A DNA stretch of 63,889 nt, the filler included, from Octopus bimaculoides (lineage: Eukaryota): the NCBI RefSeq assembly GCF_001194135.2. It is 6 parts of 6 records of this genome, joined end to end, with 100 filler letters (N's around TTAATTAATTAA, not from the genome) between each part and the next. Parts side by side here need not be neighbours in the genome. Positions count along the whole stretch, not along the records: positions 6,223 to 25,003 come from NC_068995.1; positions 25,104 to 47,291 come from NC_068988.1; 4 more parts are not named here. One strand, given 5' to 3'. Position numbers and translations under genes: made by a program. The notes under the pieces were generated by a model. That model was not told the origin of the DNA, ran no database searches, and saw only the letters and a program-made list of their open reading frames with translations. Position 1 is the stretch's first letter. Each line of letters starts with the position of its first letter. This document shows, one piece after another, positions 12,479 to 26,220 of this stretch.

Positions 12479-13002
12479 CACAAAAAAATATATATGTGTA
12501 TATATATATATTTATCTGGTTGTTCTTTAAGTTAATTTGGTAAATAAAGACTGTAGAATCCTCCAAATTGTGGTAAAATATAAAATATCTCGTATAATTA
12601 ATACAGGGCGAAAACACAAGGTTATTAAACACGCGTCAGTTGATGTAACGATGTATATATAATATAATATACACGTCTTATTCCTTCTTCGGTTTTTTTT
12701 TTTTTTTGGTTTTTTTTTCCTTTGGTGATTTTTTTTGGTTCGTATGTTGTTTTGTTTACACGTTATTTTCGTTTCCTAATATCGTAAAATCGCGTTTGGT
12801 TGTTGTAAGATTTACTTGATTCCGTGTTGCAGAAAATTTGCCGAAATTTTTCCTGGTAAATAAATATTTCGTCCAAGAAAACCACTGGTGAACCAAATTT
12901 GGCAGAAATAGAGATTGTTATGTGTGATGAGATGTATACATATATATATAATATAAATATGTATTGTATAGAGATAAGATATCTATCTATAAAACTATAG
13001 AC

Positions 13003-13063
<61 letters not shown>

Positions 13064-15201
13064 TATAGACAGATGGGTACGTTTATGTTGTTCAAATACT
13101 GGTTAAAAATAATAATGAATTACTGATAGCTAGATGAGCTTTATATGTGCTGATATAAAAATAAATGTGTTTGTAGGTATGTACGTATATATTAAGTGAA
13201 AATGTATTAAATTAAAACAATGTTATATACATGTATGTATATATACAACTGTTGGGGCGAGTTCAAACTGCATTAGAGTATGGAGTTTATATATTAGTTA
13301 ATGTGTGTTCCGAGATGAACATCACAACACACACACAAAACAAAATAAATTAAAATATAGATGTGTATGATGTATATATGTATATATAATGTATATATAT
13401 CTCAGGTTATATAGCTATGTTATTTATGGTGATGTATATATGAGTAAGAGAAAGAAAAAGCACGTGTATATATGTTCGTATATGTGTCGTGTTGTGTTTT
13501 GGGCTGTTTAAAATCTCTTACATATACCGTATGTATGTATATATCAAAAAAATATATATCTATTTATATACACGTGCATGTGTGTGTATACACATACATA
13601 TAACAACATATATTTACATGTACACACACGTATATTCCTATCTATATCTCTGTATAATAATATATGTATATATACATATGCTACACGGCTATAGTGAGGC
13701 GGTGCCCTGTACGTCTGTGTATATATATATATGTGTGTATGTGTTGTGAGAGAGAGAGAGAGCGAGAGAGAGTGACTGTGTTGTGTTTCTGTGTGTGCGT
13801 ATGCATACATGCACGGCTGTCTGTCTGTCTGTCTGTCTTCTCTCTCTCTGTTACTCACATATACACACAGACAGACATATATACACGCACGCACACACAC
13901 GGGCTGTGTAGTAGTAGTAGTAGTAGTAGTAATGTGGTTTTATGTTGCGAGCACCCGTCACTGGCAAAGTTCAGCGAGGAAGGTTGTTATGTCGTGAACA
14001 CTACACTAGCAGTATATGCAGTGAGAGATTGACGGGTGTAAGGTCAGTCAGGGGAACAGCCACGGCAGCAGCAGGAGGAGGAGAGAAGGAAAAGAGAGAG
14101 AGAAAGCGGGAGGGAGAGAGTAGCAGGATGAGGAGCAGAAGGTCGGTCAGAGGGAAAAACGAAGACGGCGGCGGCGAAGACGGCGACAGCAGTAGCAGCA
14201 TGACGGAGAGGGAGGAGGAGGAGAAGATAGAGGAAATGGATGAGAAGGAAAAAAGAATATAAGTGGAGGAAGGGAGGAGGGGGGGTTGAACCGAGAGGAG
14301 GGGCAGCAGCAGCTAGAGGAGGAGGAGGAGGAGGAAATATAAATATGCGTGTGTGTGTGTGTATACAGTTCTGTGTGTATATGTATTTATGTATGTGTGT
14401 GTGTGAAAGAGAGACGACGACGGGGGGAAAGGTGAAAGGGGAGGAGGCTATAAAGTCAAGGAAGGAGGGCAGGGAAAAGAGAGGAGAAGAGAGAGAGAGA
14501 GAGAGAGGAGAGAAGCGGAGGGAGGAGAGGGGGCAGGGCAGACCGGCAGCAGGAGTGACAGTAGGAGGAGCAGAAGCACCTAATATTGGAGAGGAAGAGA
14601 AAGAAAAAGCCAAAGAGATGCAGGAGGAAGGGGCTAACACAAACACACGCATACATGTACAAATACATAAGCAGACACACAAACACATATATGTATATAT
14701 ATATATATGTATATATATATGTAAATATAGGTGTATGTATGTCTGATACTGACGGATACATATGTATACATTCATAGATGCGCTTTATATAAATACACAC
14801 ACATTAATATATTAAGATAATACAAATTACATTGCGAAGGACACGCATATATACATACATACATATGTAAACATTTATAGACACACACACACGCATATAT
14901 ACATACATTTGTAGACCTTTATTTACAGTTACGCGCACGGACACACATACATACATACATACATATATGTATGTGTGTGGAACTAAGTTACATACACACA
15001 CACACAGAATATAGAAAGTGTGTATAAGTGTTACTAAGTTTATGTATACATCTATATATATAGAGAGAGATAGATAGATAGATAGATAGATATACATACA
15101 CTTAGATATCGCACGTGTGTATATATATCTATCCATCTACCTATCTATAATATATATAATATATATATACACACATTTATGCGCTATAGACGATGCATTT
15201 G

Positions 15202-15238
<37 letters not shown>

Positions 15239-16167
15239 ATGTGCACATACATATATATATATATATTTATTCCGATTGATATACATACACACATGCAGAC
15301 ATACATACATACACATACGCTCGCGCGCGCACATATATGCATATACATGTATATATAGTGTTGACACACACACACATATGAGCGCACACACGCACACGCC
15401 AGAAGGTCGTGGTGGAGTGCTGTGAGGTGAAGTGGGAGTTATAAAGTCAGCGGGGGTTGGGGGGGGGNNNNNNNNNNNNNNNNNNNNNNNNNNNNNNNNN
15501 NNNNNNNNNNNNNNNNNNNNNNNNNNNNNNNNNNNNNNNNNNNNNNNNNNNNNNNNNNNNNNNNNNNNNNNNNNNNNNNNNNNNNNNNNNNNNNNNNNNN
15601 NNNNNNNNNNNNNNNNNNNNNNNNNNNNNNNNNNNNNNNNNNNNNNNNNNNNNNNNNNNNNNNNNNNNNNNNNNNNNNNNNNNNNNNNNNNNNNNNNNNN
15701 NNNNNNNNNNNNNNNNNNNNNNNNNNNNNNNNNNNNNNNNNNNNNNNNNNNNNNNNNNNNNNNNNNNNNNNNNNNNNNNNNNNNNNNNNNNNNNNNNNNN
15801 NNNNNNNNNNNNNNNNNNNNNNNNNNNNNNNNNNNNNNNNNNNNNNNNNNNNNNNNNNNNNNNNNNNNNNNNNNNNNNNNNNNNNNNNNNNNNNNNNNNN
15901 NNNNNNNNNNNNNNNNNNNNNNNNNNNNNNNNNNNNNNNNNNNNNNNNNNNNNNNNNNNNNNNNNNNNNNNNNNNNNNNNNNNNNNNNNNNNNNNNNNNN
16001 NNNNNNNNNNNNNNNNNNNNNNNNNNNNNNNNNNNNNNNNNNNNNNNNNNNNNNNNNNNNNNNNNNNNNNNNNNNNNNNNNNNNNNNNNNNNNNNNNNNN
16101 NNNNNNNNNNNNNNNNNNNNNNNNNNNNNNNNNNNNNNNNNNNNNNNNNNNNNNNNNNNNNNNNNNN

Positions 16168-16219
<52 letters not shown>

Positions 16220-16626
16220 GTATTTATATATAGATAGATAGAGAGAGGGGGGACAGAGAGAAAAACATACATACATATATATATATACACACTGATATAT
16301 GCATACATATACACATATGCATGCATGCATATTTGTAAATACACATGCATATATTTGCGTGTATATTTATACGTGTGTGTGTATGAAAGTATGAAGATAT
16401 GTGTGTGTGTGTGTGTGTGTGTGTGTAGGTAGATGAGATCCGATATGTTGCGTTACGGTTTCATGTATTGTGTGAGTCCATTCATACATACAAACATACA
16501 TGCATACACACTCTTGTATAAATATCTATACAACATGCATATATATCCGTGTGTGTGTGTGTGTGTATAGTTGAGTGTTGGTATCCTTGCTACAAAGACA
16601 CACACACACACACACACACACATACA

Positions 16627-16705
<79 letters not shown>

Positions 16706-17463
16706 TGAACTACTTGGCAGAATTGTTAATTATTAATTTTATTATTAATTGACGATTCTCTGCCCTTATTCTTGTATATAAATATATATAGAAAGAGCGA
16801 GAGAGGTAGAGATAGGGAGATAGATAGATAGATAGNNNNNNNNNNNNNNNNNNNNNNNNNNNNNNNNNNNNNNNNNNNNNNNNNNNNNNNNNNNNNNNNN
16901 NNNNNNNNNNNNNNNNNNNNNNNNNNNNNNNNNNNNNNNNNNNNNNNNNNNNNNNNNNNNNNNNNNNNNNNNNNNNNNNNNNNNNNNNNNNNNNNNNNNN
17001 NNNNNNNNNNNNNNNNNNNNNNNNNNNNNNNNNNNNNNNNNNNNNNNNNNNNNNNNNNNNNNNNNNNNNNNNNNNNNNNNNNNNNNNNNNNNNNNNNNNN
17101 NNNNNNNNNNNNNNNNNNNNNNNNNNNNNNNNNNNNNTATACATATATATATGTATATATATGCATATACATACACACAAACTATATATGAACTATACAC
17201 GAACACATATATGAATATATGTACGTATGTATGTATGTATGTATGTATGTATGTATGTATGTACGTATGTATGTCTGGATAAGTGACATAGTAAAATTAG
17301 TAGCGGTGGTGGTGGTGGTGCTGGTGGTGGTGATAAGGCGATAGCAAGAGACAAGAAGAAATGGCGGCTAAGGTGAATAGGGTAACAACGGGTTGAAGCA
17401 GGTTAGACCAGTAAAAGTTAAGGTGCAGGTTTCAAGTGAGAGGTTGGCAGAAGTGTGCGTGTA

Positions 17464-17507
<44 letters not shown>

Positions 17508-17826
17508 TGTGCTCTTGTATTGTCCGAGCGGCTGCGTGCGCGCGTTAGTGTGTCTGTGTGTGTGTGTGTGTGTGTGTGCATTTTGTAGAAATGATGGTTG
17601 CATTCTCTGATATGCACGCATAATGCTCTACATCAATACAAATATTGTGAAATTAATCTATCTATCCATCTGTATACCTCTCTATCTATCTATCTGTCTG
17701 TCTATCTGTCTGTCTGTCTGTCTATCTATCAGTCTGTCTGTACCTATCTAACTATGTATGTATCTTATCCTCTATATGTATGTATGTACGTATGTATGAA
17801 TGTATCTATCTATCTATCTGTCTTTT

Positions 17827-17864
<38 letters not shown>

Positions 17865-17865
17865 T

Positions 17866-17923
<58 letters not shown>

Positions 17924-18326
17924 GTGTGTGCATGTGTGTGAGCTTAGGTATGTATGTATCTATGTGTGTATTTATAAATGCAACTATCTATCATGCACAC
18001 AAATGTGTGCGCATATTCTTCATATATATATATATATACACGAATGTATGTATGTATACACATACATATACACACACACATAAACCCACACTCGCATACA
18101 CACACACATATATATATGTAGGGGAATATCTATAGTCTCTCTCTGTCACACACAGACACCACCATACACACGCACACTCACATACACGCATACACATATA
18201 TACATATATACATACACACAAACATGCATACATACATCCATACATACACACATACATACATACATACATACATGTATACATACATACATACACGCAAACA
18301 CACACACACACATATACATACATACA

Positions 18327-18362
<36 letters not shown>

Positions 18363-18601
18363 CATACATACATGCATGCATACATACATGCATGCATACA
18401 TACATACATACATACATGCATACATACATACATACACGCACACCCTGTCCAGTATATAATGAAATGACACTGACAGAAAAGCTACGCTTGTGTGGACACT
18501 TAATATTAGGGATTCACGTTCGATCCTTGCCCCAATCCCAAATTTTGTGGTTCCTAATCTACCGTGATGGCAACACATTCTTCGATTTTTCTCACGTGTT
18601 G

Positions 18602-19022
18602 TCTTTTATCTTTTACTTGTTTCAGCCATTAGACTACGGCCAAGCTGGGGCACCATTTTGAAGAATTTTAGTCAAACATATCGGCCTCCTGTGGTTACTA
18701 TAATTATTACTATTATTAATTTTTTTTTTTTTTTTGAAGCCTGGTAATTAGTCTATCGGTCTCCGATAAGTTACGGAGGCATAAATACACTAACACCGGT
18801 TGGTAATCGGTGGTGGAGGGATAAACACAGACAGAAAGAAACATACACACATACAGATATACGATGGGCTTCCTCCAGATTCCCTCAACGAAATCCACTC
18901 ACAAGGCTTTGGTCGACCCGAGGTTATAGTAGAAGACATTTGCTCAGGGTTCCACGCAGTGGGACTGAACTTGGAACCATGTGGTTGAGAAGCAAGCTTC
19001 CTACCACACAGCGACACCTGCG
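18602..19022 (-). mobile_element. tRNA-derived SINE, family B (CORE-like domain), full length
   Basis: Minus-strand head GCAGGTGTCGCTGTGTGGTAGGAAGC...GTTCAGTCCCACTGCG (A/B-box-like), then a CORE-like CCTGAGCAAATGTCTTCTACTA block and tail GAAACAAGTAAAAGATAAAAGA. Confidence 0.85.
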
Positions 19023-19079
19023 ACCAGAGGACAAAACGTTTTAAAAATTGAAAAACAAAGTAAAGGAAATGAAACGAAT

Positions 19080-19580
19080 TCATAAAGAAATCCGTTAGAA
19101 TGCGTAGTTCGGAGGTCAGGGTGCCTCTCCAGATCGTGCCGCTACACCTCCGCATAGAGGGGATGTCATAGGTTCGATCGGTACTACTGATGTGGGATTA
19201 GAAGGTCACAGGGAAGAATCGCAAGACGGATTCTTCAATCTGAGTCAACCGTTAGGAGACCTAGCGGTAGGTCAAGGACGAGATGGTTGGATAATATCCA
19301 TCGTTTCAGTTGGCCATGCCCGGGAATCCAGCTGGAAAGTCTAATAACAAATGTTGCTTCTGACTTGGCCCTTTTGATTGGGTCCGGGGTGCCTTACGGA
19401 CTCTGGCGGGAAGATCATTCCAGGAAGAGGTGATCGCAGAAGATCGATAGAAAATGAAATGTGAAAATTAATAAGAAACAGTGATGTATTGTTATCGATT
19501 TACTCCGTTCGATCGATTGGTCTGGTGGTTGCTGGACCCGTTCGAAATAATAACAAGATCTTCCTGGAATAAGGGTTTTA
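19080..19580. promoter_or_regulatory. Candidate cis-regulatory island (3x AGGTCA, AP-1, 2x STAT/GAS)
   Basis: AGGTCA at 19113, 19203 and 19269; TGAGTCA at 19241; TTCCAGGAA at 19418; TTCCTGGAA at 19561. Unique, relatively GC-rich sequence among simple repeats. Confidence 0.35.
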
Positions 19581-19689
19581 CAAAAGTAAAAACAAACAAA
19601 CAACAACCACCTAAACACAAGATTGGCTTTTAATTGGAGAGAGAATATTAATATTGCTTTTCTCTCTTTTTTTCTTTTTTTTTTTTTGA

Positions 19690-19745
19690 AGGTGTTGCCC
19701 CAGCATGGCCGCAGTCTAATGACTGGAACAAGTAAAAAATAAAAT
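19690..19745 (+). mobile_element. SINE family B 3' tail fragment
   Basis: GCCCCAGCATGGCCGCAGTCTAATGACTGGAACAAGTAAAA matches the tail of the 18602 copy. Confidence 0.7.
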
Positions 19746-19781
19746 CTTTTTAATATATGATGATGGTGATGATGGTGGTGG

Positions 19782-19829
<48 letters not shown>

Positions 19830-19978
19830 GGATGATGGCGATAATGATGATGGTGATGCTAAAGATGACAATGACAATGATGGTGGGGGCGCTGTTGGTG
19901 GTGGCGGTTAATCTTGATTTTATTCTGAGATTTTAATTAAATACCAGGAAACCCCTTAATTTTACTCTCTCACCTCTC

Positions 19979-20013
<35 letters not shown>

Positions 20014-20296
20014 TTTAAAACATACATACACACACACACACACACATACACACATAGTATTGATATTCTTTAACTACACGTATATAGATGTATATGTGTG
20101 TATGTGTGCGTGCGTGCGTGCGTGTGTGCGTGCGTGCGTGCGTGTGTATGTGTGTTCATATACACATTCGTACAAACACACACACAGGCACGATTGTATA
20201 TATACACACACATACACACAAACACAAACACAAACACCCTCACATATATATGTATATATATACACTCACGCATGTGTATGTATATATATATATGTG

Positions 20297-20337
<41 letters not shown>

Positions 20338-20421
20338 GTGCGAATATAAATATATGCATAAATATATCGATCGATTGACCGATCGATGAATCGATAGATA
20401 AATGGCTAGCTCGATAGATAA

Positions 20422-20458
<37 letters not shown>

Positions 20459-20459
20459 A

Positions 20460-20546
<87 letters not shown>

Positions 20547-20957
20547 AACAGACGGACTGTGGGTGGGACGGAAGAAAAAAGATGGTTGTATATAAAAATG
20601 TATTGTATGTAACATCTTATTTTGAAATCGTTATTTTTCAAGCGGGAAGCATTTAATGCGTGTGTGTGTGTGTCTGTCTGTCTGTCTGTGTGTGCGTGCG
20701 CGCATGTGTGTGTGTCTGTGTGTACGCGTATGTGTGCATTCGAGTGTGAATGTACCTGTATGCGTGTGTGTGCATGAGCATATAAGTGCGATTGTATATA
20801 TATATATGTGTGTGTGCGTGTGTTTGTGTGTGTGTGTGCACGCACACGTGCGTGCATGTGTGTGTGCGTCTGTGCATATATATATATAAGTGTGTGTGTG
20901 TATACACATACACACACACAAGCGTATGTTTGTATATATGTATGTATGTATGTATGT

Positions 20958-21105
20958 ATACGACGGGCTTCTTTCAGTTTCCGTCTACCAAATCCACTGT
21001 CAAGGTTTTTGGTCGCCCCATGGTATTACTAAAAATTACTTGTTTAATATTCCACGGACGAAACCCGGAAGCATTTGGTTGGAAAGCAAACTTATTACCA
21101 TATAT
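20958..21105 (-). mobile_element. SINE family B fragment
   Basis: ATACGACGGGCTTCTTTCAGTTTCCGTCTACCAAATCCACT...CCCGGAAGCATTTGGTTGGAAAGCAAAC. Confidence 0.7.
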
Positions 21106-22009
21106 AAAATATAACATTCTGAATTAATTTGTATCTATTTCTCGCAAAAAAACCACTCCAAAAACCTAGAGGAGGAAGATGTGTTTTTGCCTTTTCTTTT
21201 ACGTTGTTTATCACGCTGTTGAATTATAAAGCACAATGGTGCGTAGTACAAAAGAGAAAAACAAACCATTTCACTAAGAACACACATACACAACGAAAAA
21301 CACTCAACAAGCAAATATTAGCAAAGAATTAAATGGAAACAAGGATACACAGAAAATATATTTTGAAATATATAAAAATATATAAAACTATATATAAAAA
21401 AGAATAATTTTATTAGTGAAAGCAGCAGCATACATACGTGAACGTCCGTCCATTTTTTTAGAGATCGTGGTAAAGCAGAAAAATTGTATATACGCGAGTT
21501 ATCAGAAAGAAGATCAATTTGGCAGGGATGTGTTACCAAGGCGGGTGTTATGCTTCCTGACCACATTAAAAGGGTCGTGAAATAAAACTAGAAAAGAAAT
21601 CGTGCACGTGTGTGTGTGTGTGTGTGTGAGAGAGAGTGAGTGAGTGAGTGAGTGAGTGAGTATGTGTGTGTGTATGTGTGTGTATGAGTGAGTGTGTGTA
21701 TGTGTGTATTCCTGTATACCTGCCCCGCAAAAGTTTTCCTGGTACCAACTAAACGAAACTTACGCTTATCGTTGAGTAATGAATTGAGGCACAACAGCTG
21801 AATCCATCTTGAATATTGTCCTGCCATTCTTTGCTAGGCTAGAACAACCAAACAGTTTTCAGTCTTTAGTTGTCAGATAATCTTGAAATCACTCTATCTA
21901 GAAATAACAGCCAAATTCCCCTCAAATCAAACCTTTCCATTTAGATGTAGTACCCAAATTTCCCTCAAATTAAATCCTTTCCAGCCTTCCCTCAACTTAC
22001 ATTCTATCG

Positions 22010-22125
22010 ATTTGGTCGGCCCAAGGATATATAGTAGAAGAGATTTGCGCAAGTTGCCATGCAGTGGGACTGAACCCGGAATCAAGTGGTTAGGAAGCAA
22101 GCTTCTTATCACATGGCCACGCCAG
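22010..22125 (-). mobile_element. SINE family B head
   Basis: TAGTAGAAGAGATTTGCGCAAG...GTGGGACTGAACCCGGAATCAAGTGGTTAGGAAGCAAGC. Confidence 0.7.
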
Positions 22126-22147
22126 CAACTATCTATTTGTCTATCTG

Positions 22148-22179
<32 letters not shown>

Positions 22180-22231
22180 ATTAATTAAAAAAAGTATATA
22201 TGTGTTTATATGTATGTATGTATGTATGTAT

Positions 22232-22310
22232 CGTGGCACTCCGTCGCTTACGACGAGTTGATCCGATCAACGGAACAGCCTACTCGAGAAATTAACGTGC
22301 AAGTGGATGA
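22232..22310 (-). mobile_element. SINE family D 3' tail fragment
   Basis: GGCACTCCGTCGCTTACGACG..TGATCCGATCAACGGAACAGCCT..TCG.GAAATTAACGTGCAAGTGG matches 24706-24790. Confidence 0.75.
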
Positions 22311-22408
22311 GAGAGAGAGAGAGGGGGGAGAAAGAGAGAGAGAGAGAGAGAGAGAGAAAGAAAGAAAGAGAGAGAGAAAGAAAGAGAGAGAGAGAGAGAG
22401 AGAAAGAA

Positions 22409-22467
<59 letters not shown>

Positions 22468-23031
22468 CAGATAGATTGAAAGAGAGAGGGGACAAAATAC
22501 AAATGTAGAGTTTTTCTTTTCGATGGGGACGAAAATAAAGTAAAAATTAAAATGGGGATAACGATGAAAAGGCATCGAGAAAACGTTCGGGGTATGTACA
22601 AAAAAAAAAAAAAAAAAAAAAAAAATTACAAAAATTTCCCAATATATAGATAGATAGATAGATAGATAGATAGACACGTCCACGCGCGTGAAAACAAAAC
22701 ACACACACGAATCCAACATTAAACATGCATCAACCGACTTCGCCGATGCTGCATCGAACACACGAACACAGAGAGAACAGAGCCACTGCGTACACTAGCG
22801 GGACATACGGTCCTTCTCACTTTCTTGCACACACACACACACGCACGTGCATACACACACTCACACTTTCATAAATACAAACACACACACACACACACAC
22901 ATACACACACGCGCACACAAACACACACACACGTACATATATACATACATACATACATACATACATTGACATAATGACTCCAACACAATCATGCATGCAC
23001 ACGATCTTACACACATATTCACACACACATG

Positions 23032-23092
<61 letters not shown>

Positions 23093-23169
23093 ACACACTC
23101 GCACGCATATGTGCAGACACAAACATACAAACGCGCACCTTGCGCACTTCCGCACGGAAACCCACAAAC

Positions 23170-23211
<42 letters not shown>

Positions 23212-23264
23212 ACACACACAAACGCACACACACGGACACACACACATACCAACACATACACGTT

Positions 23265-23640
23265 GGTACACACTGTTTACCAACCACATGGTTCTAGGTT
23301 CAGTTCCACTGCGTTGCACCTTGGGCAAGTGTTCTCCATCATATAGCTTTTGGCCGACCAAAGCCTTGTAGACGGATTTAGTAGATGGAAACTGAAAGAA
23401 GCGTGTTGTATATATATATATATATATGTATATTTGTCTTAATGTCTGTGTTTATCCTCCACCAACGCTTGACGACCGGTACTTGTGCGTTTACGTACTC
23501 TGTAACTTAGCGGTACGGCAAACGATTCTGATAGAATAAGTACTAAGCTTAAAAAAAATAAACATTGGGGTCGATCGGTACATTCCATTAAAATTGTTCA
23601 AAGCGAGGCACCATTATGGCCGCAGGAACAAGTAAATAAA
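23265..23640 (+). mobile_element. SINE family B (CORE-like), near full length
   Basis: AACCACATGGTTCTAGGTTCAGTTCCACTGCGTTGCACCTTGGGCAAGTG (CCTTGGGCAAGT is the CORE-domain signature); tail ...GGAACAAGTAAATAAA. Confidence 0.8.
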
Positions 23641-23834
23641 CAAAACAAAACAAAACAAAAATAAGAGAAAAGATATTAATGATTTTGTGCTGCAAGGTAC
23701 TTTCGCTTTCAGAAGTACCCCGAACAATTGTCTCCTCCACTTCATAACATATGCTGTACATTCCAGTCCGTCAAAATCAAAAACTAAAAGGATAAACCAC
23801 CCGTTCCATAGCAACGAAGAAGTACACGCACACT

Positions 23835-23866
<32 letters not shown>

Positions 23867-24454
23867 TCATTTATTCATTCCTTCTTTGCCATGTTTCTCC
23901 CGGTCTGTCTTTCAGATATCCTTTCATTTCTCTTTCTTTCATTTCCATTCTTTCTTTATTTCGTTCTTACTTCCTTGTTATGCCCCCAAAACACTTGTAT
24001 AACAATCGGTGGTGGGGGCCACGGCTTAAGACTATTATTCTTAGTCCTTTCACATTACCGATTCCCAGTGAAAGAAAGAGAAAGAAAGAGAGAACGAGGG
24101 AAGGAAAACGAGAGAGAAGAGTAGAGAGAGGAAAAATCGCACCATTAGTTAATTGGTAATTTATTTAATTATCACGAAGGCATAACAAGTAAAGTTGTCT
24201 TGAGTGAAACGCGAATTCGGAACCCAGGGAACTGAATAAACTACTCTAAGTTATTCTCTCCGATCGACGCACCAGCGACTCTGACAACTTTTACATGGTT
24301 GCTCCACGTGCTAAAAATAGCAGCTAATCCTTCAAATCACACATTAATGTCTTAAAGGAAAGTAAAACATGTTAACTAACTTGGTTTCGACGGGATGATC
24401 ATGGTTGGCAGGGTTATTTTTTATCAAGGATCTGCTTGATCAGGGATTACGAGG

Positions 24455-24617
24455 TTAATCGATTACATCGACCCAAGTGCTCAACTGGTGCATATTTTAT
24501 AGATCCTGAACGCATGAAAGGTAAAGTCGACTTTGGCGGGATTTGAACTCAAAATGTAACCTAATGTAGTTAAGTGTTTTGTCCGGTGTGCTAACGCTTC
24601 TGCCAGCACGCCTCCAT
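24455..24617 (-). mobile_element. SINE family A
   Basis: ATGAAAGGTAAAGTCGACTTTGGCGGGATTTGAACTCA...GCTAACGCTTCTGCCAGCACGCC. Confidence 0.75.
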
Positions 24618-24702
24618 CCACAATGGCGTAGTAATTGATTATAATCTTTGCTAGCATAGGTAGAAAGCCAGCCAAGATTGTTTTGTGATGAGAGAGGTTG
24701 TT

Positions 24703-25003
24703 GGCACTCCGTAGCTTACGACGTCGAGGGTTCCACTTGATCCGATCAACGGAACAGCCTGCTCGTGAAATTAACATGCAAGTGGCTGAGCACTCCACAG
24801 ACACGTGTACCCTTAACGTAGTTCTCGGGGATATTCAGCGTGACACACAGTGTGACAAGACTGGCCCTTTGAATTACAGGCACAACAGAAACAGTAAGTA
24901 AGAGTGAGAGAAAGTTGTGGTGAAAGAGTACAGCAGGGTTCGCCACCATCCCCTGCCGGAGCCTCGTGGAGCTTTAGGTGTTTTCGCTCAATAAACACTC
25001 ACA
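24703..25003 (-). mobile_element. SINE family D (body and tail; head lost in the gap)
   Basis: Reverse complement aligns closely with 50010-50224. Confidence 0.85.
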
Positions 25004-25103
25004 NNNNNNNNNNNNNNNNNNNNNNNNNNNNNNNNNNNNNNNNNNNNTTAATTAATTAANNNNNNNNNNNNNNNNNNNNNNNNNNNNNNNNNNNNNNNNN
25101 NNN

Positions 25104-25154
<51 letters not shown>

Positions 25155-26025
25155 CATACATGAGTATACACAAATACGTGTATATATGTACTAATATATT
25201 TAGTGAGAAATATGTATTAAAAGAAGAAAAAATTCTAATTTCATATATTCCTAAGAAAATCGTGTTGCTTATATTAATCATCCTGCAGAAAAAATGTCTA
25301 AGGGGAGGTAACTGTCGTTTGTTATACTTTGAGGCAGGTTAGGTAATTTCCCTTTTTTGTGACGTGTAAACTTTATTATAGGTTGCAATTCTTCGGGAGA
25401 GAAATAATTATATAAGCGTAGGAGTTATAGTATCGAAATAAAATATGTGGAGATTTTGTTATGCCTTCCCTCCCGCAATTGCACAACATAATAATAAAAA
25501 ATGAATACTATTACCTCCAGTTAGATTTTTTTCTAAATGCTGGTTCATTTAGAAACAAACACTTATACAAGCACCATCGACTACATATTTCTTAGGAAAA
25601 TGCAAAATAGCAATATTTTCATTAATTTCAATATCAAGATCAGGGAAACGTGAAATCGGGAAACAATCATAATATTCTGTCCTTTAAAACGTAGTAAAAA
25701 TGTATAAACTGTGTGCATTTTCCTTCATTTATGATATATTTTTTCACTACAACTCATCACACAGGTAAAATCTCTGCAAAGAAATTCCTTTTTAATATAT
25801 ATAACAAATGATATTTTCATCCGGGATGGTACAACTGTATCATATTTTAATTCTGTGTATATACATAAATTTTCTAGAATGCTTACACTCAGTAAAGTTT
25901 TCTGCCAAAACTGTAACTACACTAAACGACATGGGTACTTTAGTGTCAAAATAATTTTCAGAGGTTCACAATATGAAGGTGCAATACCACACTGTAGAAT
26001 TTGAATAAAACATAATTTCTATTAT

Positions 26026-26220
26026 AGACACAAGACTTGAAATTCTGAGGAGAGGTATAATCGATTACGTCGACAGTATTGCTCAAATAGTATTTATTTT
26101 ATCCACTCTCATGATATAAATGGCAAAGTCAAACTTGGTGAAATTTGAACTCAGATTGTGATGTCGGATGAAATGCTATGTAATTTTTTTTGGCGTGCTA
26201 GTTATTCTGCAATCTTGCCA
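26026..26220 (-). mobile_element. Degenerate SINE family A
   Basis: ATGGCAAAGTCAAACTTGGTGAAATTTGAACTCAGA. Confidence 0.6.

Noticed and set aside
13969-13983. VQRGR peptide matching the start of NR2F exon 2
   Set aside because: Wrong strand and upstream of exon 1; the following residues (LLCREHY) do not resemble the NR2F hinge.
13952-14038. CACCCGTCA...TGACGGGTG inverted repeat as a pre-miRNA
   Set aside because: Pairing breaks down after 9 bp.
14050-14640. Glu/Arg/Gly-rich ORFs in the purine-rich block
   Set aside because: Low-complexity GA sequence open in several frames; no coding evidence.
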